From NCBI GenBank assembly GCA_043228905.1, contig JBHGNT010000009.1:16430001-16494000 (forward strand): a stretch of DNA of 64,000 nucleotides, written 5' to 3'. The stretch's first letter is position 1, and every line of letters begins with the position of its first letter. The DNA is from Azolla caroliniana (lineage: Eukaryota > Plantae > Polypodiophyta). The notes beneath the pieces are model-generated. The model made no database searches, was not told the DNA's origin, and saw only the letters and a program-made list of their open reading frames with translations. The translations under genes were made by a program, and so were the position numbers. Shown here piece by piece: positions 59,374-64,000 of this stretch.

Positions 59374-60205
59374 TAATCGATTATTGCCAAAAGAGAGCAA
59401 CAATACAATTGACCCACAATCGACCGACACGGGTTTCGTATATCATGGTGTGAGGAAGAGGAGTTGGGGCAAATGGGTATCCGAGATCCGAGAGCCACGC
59501 AAGAAAACCCGCATTTGGCTTGGCTCTTACCCTAGACCCGAGATGGCGGCTCGCGCTTATGATGTGGCTGCCCATTTCCTTAAAGGGAAACAAGCTCAAC
59601 TCAATTTCCCTGGCCTCATCAACATTCTTCCTCGTCCTACCTCGACTGCCCCGAGAGACATCCAGGCAGCCGCTAAAGCAGCTGCATCCCTTAATGGCTT
59701 CACTCTAGATGACCCATCATCCAATGATGTTAGTAGTGCACATGATGTTAGCTGTGATACATCCATTGTTAGTAATTGTAGTAGTAGTAGTAGTAGTACA
59801 CATGATACCATGCATGTATTAACACTAGAAACCAAAAATCATGACGACCCATCAACAATATCTTGCCCAATGACATCAAACAAGTTGGACAATGATGGTG
59901 AAACTAGATCTTGCCATGATGGCATGGTGACATCAAGCATATTACATTGTCATGAACATCCTGACACATTCATCATCGACGGCTTTGGGGGCGGTATGGC
60001 ATCACTGGCGCCGGAAGAACACCATTGTTGGCATGTGTTTGATCAACTCATCATACCAGAGAGCATGAGTGTTGTGTCTAGGGAGATCATTTCTGTGACT
60101 GAATATGCATTAAATAGCTATGAGATCAATGGATGTCCATCTTATGGAAATGGATTTGATGAGGGATGTACAGTATACCAAGACTTGTTGTTATGGGACT
60201 ATTGA
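58718..60205 (+). CDS. Intronless AP2/ERF transcription factor, DREB A-4 / ERF group III (TINY-like)
   Basis: AP2 domain [43 protein letters not shown] (from 59441) with V14/E19, [12 protein letters not shown] motif, C-terminal LLWDY. Start may be 58718, 59018 or 59318. Confidence 0.9.
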   Translation: MAMASSSSSSDLNALNECDAYDTYTPTKIVAPSSHCVYDYEANEGSFHSMIHGSSSTSYIGTPISSPRSAKTRLNLLTSLYKTREKPEIQSVNLGISSLLMAMASSSSSDLNALNECDAYDTYTPTKIVAPSSHCVLYEYEANEGSFNSMIHGSSSNSYIGTPISSPTSVKTQLNLLTSLSTTRERPEIQSASLGVSSLLMAMASSSSSNLNAPNECDANRLLPKESNNTIDPQSTDTGFVYHGVRKRSWGKWVSEIREPRKKTRIWLGSYPRPEMAARAYDVAAHFLKGKQAQLNFPGLINILPRPTSTAPRDIQAAAKAAASLNGFTLDDPSSNDVSSAHDVSCDTSIVSNCSSSSSSTHDTMHVLTLETKNHDDPSTISCPMTSNKLDNDGETRSCHDGMVTSSILHCHEHPDTFIIDGFGGGMASLAPEEHHCWHVFDQLIIPESMSVVSREIISVTEYALNSYEINGCPSYGNGFDEGCTVYQDLLLWDY

Positions 60206-60610
60206 TCCTTACATTGTTCAAATACATTCACTTCTTTTAGTTTTAGTTTTAATTTACAATAAAGGTTTTCAAGCAAGACATCTAGTGATGATACCCCCAA
60301 ATTCCTCAATTATAAGGGATGTTGGTGTATTGTATGCTTTTATGGGTGTATCCTACGAACCTTAAAGAGAATGATCATTGATTAATGGGCAAAGCAATGC
60401 AGGTACATTACATGTTGTAACTTTTTTCACTTAAATAGGGAAGTTGATGGATTTGTTGTATGTCTCTAAGTGATCATTTATTCTTTTCATACTAAATTAT
60501 GTATGTGTGATGAGTTTCATTCATTATTTTAATGCTTGATGTATAATGGACACAGAATTGCATGCTCATTAAGTGTTTTTTCTATATTAATGTGCCTTTC
60601 CTCTCTATCT

Positions 60611-60663
60611 CTAGATTACAAGAAGAATTTAGACCACTAGATTACAAGAAGAATTTAGACCAC
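60611..60663 (+). repeat. 26-bp tandem duplication
   Basis: CTAGATTACAAGAAGAATTTAGACCA twice. Confidence 0.85.
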
Positions 60664-62104
60664 GAGGCAAACTTAGATACATTGATTGAGTCCACATTCA
60701 ACGTAACGTGGAATGGATTTTGATAGATTACTTTGATTTGTGAAGAGCATCCTATAATTTTGATGAATGTATGAGTTGTTATTAATCGATCTTTGAAATT
60801 GAATGCATCGATAGCATTGCACACAGTGTTGCTGAGCTAAGTTAGTTGCATAATTATTTTTTACATCAAAATTATGCCATCACATATGTTGTTGTTCAAC
60901 TAGCCATAAAATAATGTGTTTGTTTGTTTGTTTGTTTATGGAATAAAAAAATTTACCAGAGGATATTGTTTTACTTTGAGTGAAGATGAGCTTTTGATAT
61001 GTTCATAATATACCATATGTTATCCATCAAGGTTGCTCATGGTCTCCAAAACTTCTCAATTGTGGTTTGAAATATGTGGAGCAAACTAAAAGCCTTGTCA
61101 ATATCTTATGTATCATTATCACCTCATTGTCCAATACTATATAACCTCATAATTACTACCCCACCCACTTTAGGGATACCTACCTTTAGCGGTTATGATT
61201 AGGTAAATCATGACCACCAAAGGCAACGAAATGGACATGATTTTATAACTGACATAGTATTTAGTGTCTCGTTACAAAGCTTATGCTTTCCATTGTTATT
61301 TCCTTTTCTTGATGTCTAGATAGGTGTCAAACTATGATTTTCTCAAAAATCTAATATAAGTCTAGTCCTAATTTGTGCCCATTTTAATTTAGAAAGAAAT
61401 GATTAATCATTGATTGAAAACGTAACTATCGTAACAAAATCACAAGACAAAGTACAATATTAAACGACCAAAGTTCATATTCTAACTTTAAGTGGCAATT
61501 TGATGTGAGAGAATAGTAAATTTGTCAATGCATAATGATATAAATACTTGGAGCACTTGGTGTTGTAGAAAGGAATTGCCTACTTATAATCACAAATTTG
61601 ATTCTATGGAGAAACAAAGGGAATAAATCAACTTCAACCAACTTGCAAGTTAATGACACCCATTACGAAATGGATTGAGTGCATATCTTTCAAACATTAT
61701 GCGAACTCTTACTAATGCTTAAACTTAATTGAAGTTTTTCAATAGTTTAATGTCACATATCAATTTTTCGTTCTTTCTAAAATATATCATGTGTCAAAAT
61801 GTTGTAGACATTCAACGCTAAATCAATACCTTTCTTTCGATAAATTTCATGGCCCTCCTAACATTTATCCCTTGAACATTGTTTTTTAGAACCTAAACAA
61901 TAATTTCATCCTATTTTTATCACCAAAAAGAAGTATTCGACAAAACATTTTTTGTCTATCCCGAGATCACAATGATGAAAAAATCCCAAGCCCTCCCTTC
62001 GTTGTCGACCCCAAGAGTTGTCTCGTACTAGCCATCACTGAAGGGCACTGTTTTAGCTGTAGGTATTTACATTAAGTAGTCAGTCCGAAAGGCGATGTAA
62101 CTAG

Positions 62105-63166
62105 TGTCATGAACATATACCAAAACTCCAAGACTTGTAATAAGGATTCGAACCCATGACCTTGTCAAAGATAATGTGTAACTTCAACCACTAGGATACA
62201 TCATATTACATTTATTAAATTGTAAATTCTTATATTAGATCATGAAGAAATATATCTAATAGTGTGAAGCATTGCCACCGCATAGGCTAACGCATGATTA
62301 CCAAGTGTCATGCTTGCATGAATGCCAAGTGGCATGCTTGCATGAATGACAAATGGCGAGCATGCGTGCCTATGAGGTGGCGAGCATGCACGTATCCAAA
62401 GCATGCTATATAAACATATAGCGAACTATTGATGAACCATTCTGGTTCAACGCTAGTCTTCGGCGTACTCTTGTAAACCTTGTTCTCATTGCTAATACAT
62501 GTTCAATATCTTATTTCTCTCTCATTCCTCTCTTATTTTCTATTTCTCATTCTTTTCTTCATGTTAAACTTGTCTTTGGCTACGGCCCTGACAGTTTGAA
62601 CCGGAATACCTAACCTTCTTCATTGTAATTTTTTCCTTTTCCAAGGAAGCTCTCATCCTATCTTCTCATAACCATGGCAGTAGTAAGTGAACAAGAATAT
62701 ATGCGCGTTCTAGGTGAACTTGAATGCTTGAACACCAAGTTCATGGCTTTGGAGCAAGAGAATCAAAGGCTGCTCGGGAATTGATAACAAGTGAATGTAG
62801 AGAAAGCTCAACAACAAGAGGAATTAACTCAAAGGGTTCACCAACTTGAAGCTGCATTAATAACATTGTGACAACAAGCATTACAAGCACCGAATTCGAC
62901 AAAAGAACCCAAGATAAGTCTCCCGTCGAAGTTTGATGGTACTCGATCACAATTTCGAGGATTTCTAAATCAGGTACGTCTAGTATTTCAAATGCATCCC
63001 ACTCGATATCCAACAAATTCAGCACGAGTAGGGTTGGTCAGAACTCTATTAACTGGTACAACATTGGCTTGGTTTGCGCCGTTACTTGAGAAAAAGTGCC
63101 CTATTTTGGATAATTTTGATGAGTTTATTAAAGAGTTCCAAGCTTGTTTTGGAGATACCGATAGCA
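62105..63166 (+). mobile_element. 5' part of a Tcn1/Tf1-type Gypsy (LTR 62105-62593, self-priming PBS, gag from 62674)
   Basis: TGTCATG..CCTGACA; gag KEPKISLPSKFDGTRSQFRGFLNQ..TLLTGTTLAWF. Confidence 0.85.
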
Positions 63167-64000
63167 TGTGTCAAGATTCGAACTCTTGACACGACCATGT
63201 TATAATCTACTATTATGAGTTAACCAAGATATCTAGTACTAGTTATGTATATAATTGTTCCTTATTATTTTGCTAGCATCATGTGCATAGTTGCTCCCTT
63301 GTAGTATTTACACTTGGCACATGCATGCATACCTACATGCTCTATTGTAGATTCACATGCGTGCAACAAGTATGCATGCCATGTAGTATAAATAGAGGAG
63401 TTCACCTTGAAGGAATTCAAGGTGAACAACACCAGTTATGGAGTCTTTCCTTTAGTACTATATTCTTTCTTGTCCATCAAATTTTTCTGGGAGGCTAACC
63501 TTAGGCTCAAGAAACTGTGACGAAGCTAGGCTAGATGTTGGTAGAAGATCGGGCTCTAGGCTAGGTTGTTGTGGGAGACTAGGGTTCGGGGGTTGTGAGG
63601 ATAGGGAGGTACCGACTTGAAGTTCTTGTAAAGAATTTCGAAGATCAAGATATTCTCGGAAAATATCGTTCATCATATGTTGAAAAACTGCGGGAGCGTT
63701 AGTAAGACCAAAAGGCATTACCTTGTATTCGAAATGCCCATACCGTGTTCGAAATGCGGAGTCACCCCACAAAACCCTTCCAAGTCGAAACCGATGCCTC
63801 TTACTTTGCCATTGGCGCCATCTTATCCCAAGCAGACGACAACAACCTAATGCACCTAGTGGCTTACTATTCCCGAAAATTTACGGCATCTGAAATCAAT
63901 TATCCCATTTACGACAAGGAGCTTGTTGCTATCATTGCTGCCTTTGAAGAATGGCGACCCTACTTGGCCGGCGCACAACATCGTGTCCAGGTAGTGACTG
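63167..64000. mobile_element. Mosaic of an LTR fragment (63167-~63470), minus-strand RT and gag fragments, and plus-strand RNase H of Tcn1-type Gypsy
   Basis: [26 protein letters not shown] and [12 protein letters not shown] on minus; [28 protein letters not shown] on plus. Confidence 0.8.

Overview
Plant genomic DNA, probably from a seed-free land plant such as a fern or lycophyte (inferred from the TE repertoire). About 55 kb is a deeply nested LTR-retrotransposon island. Nest 1: tRNA-Trp-primed Gypsy A (~3036-25640) contains Gypsy B (5840-15738, which itself holds non-autonomous D at 10457-14833) and Copia C (17124-22550). Nest 2 has five levels: a Tork-like Copia remnant (52810-54528) > Tcn1-type chromovirus J (~32281-52809) > Gypsy E (~33973-51818) > Copia F (38097-49370) > an intact, very young Tork-like Copia I (40706-46250). 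Also present: a solo LTR, an hAT-type MITE, a LINE endonuclease relic, and one host gene, an intronless DREB/ERF group III (TINY-like) AP2 transcription factor whose start region is triplicated in frame. Most striking signal: the U3 regions of several unrelated Gypsy LTR families carry an antisense tRNA-derived Pol III A-box/B-box module with tRNA spacing. All calls were made by eye and no database searches were run.
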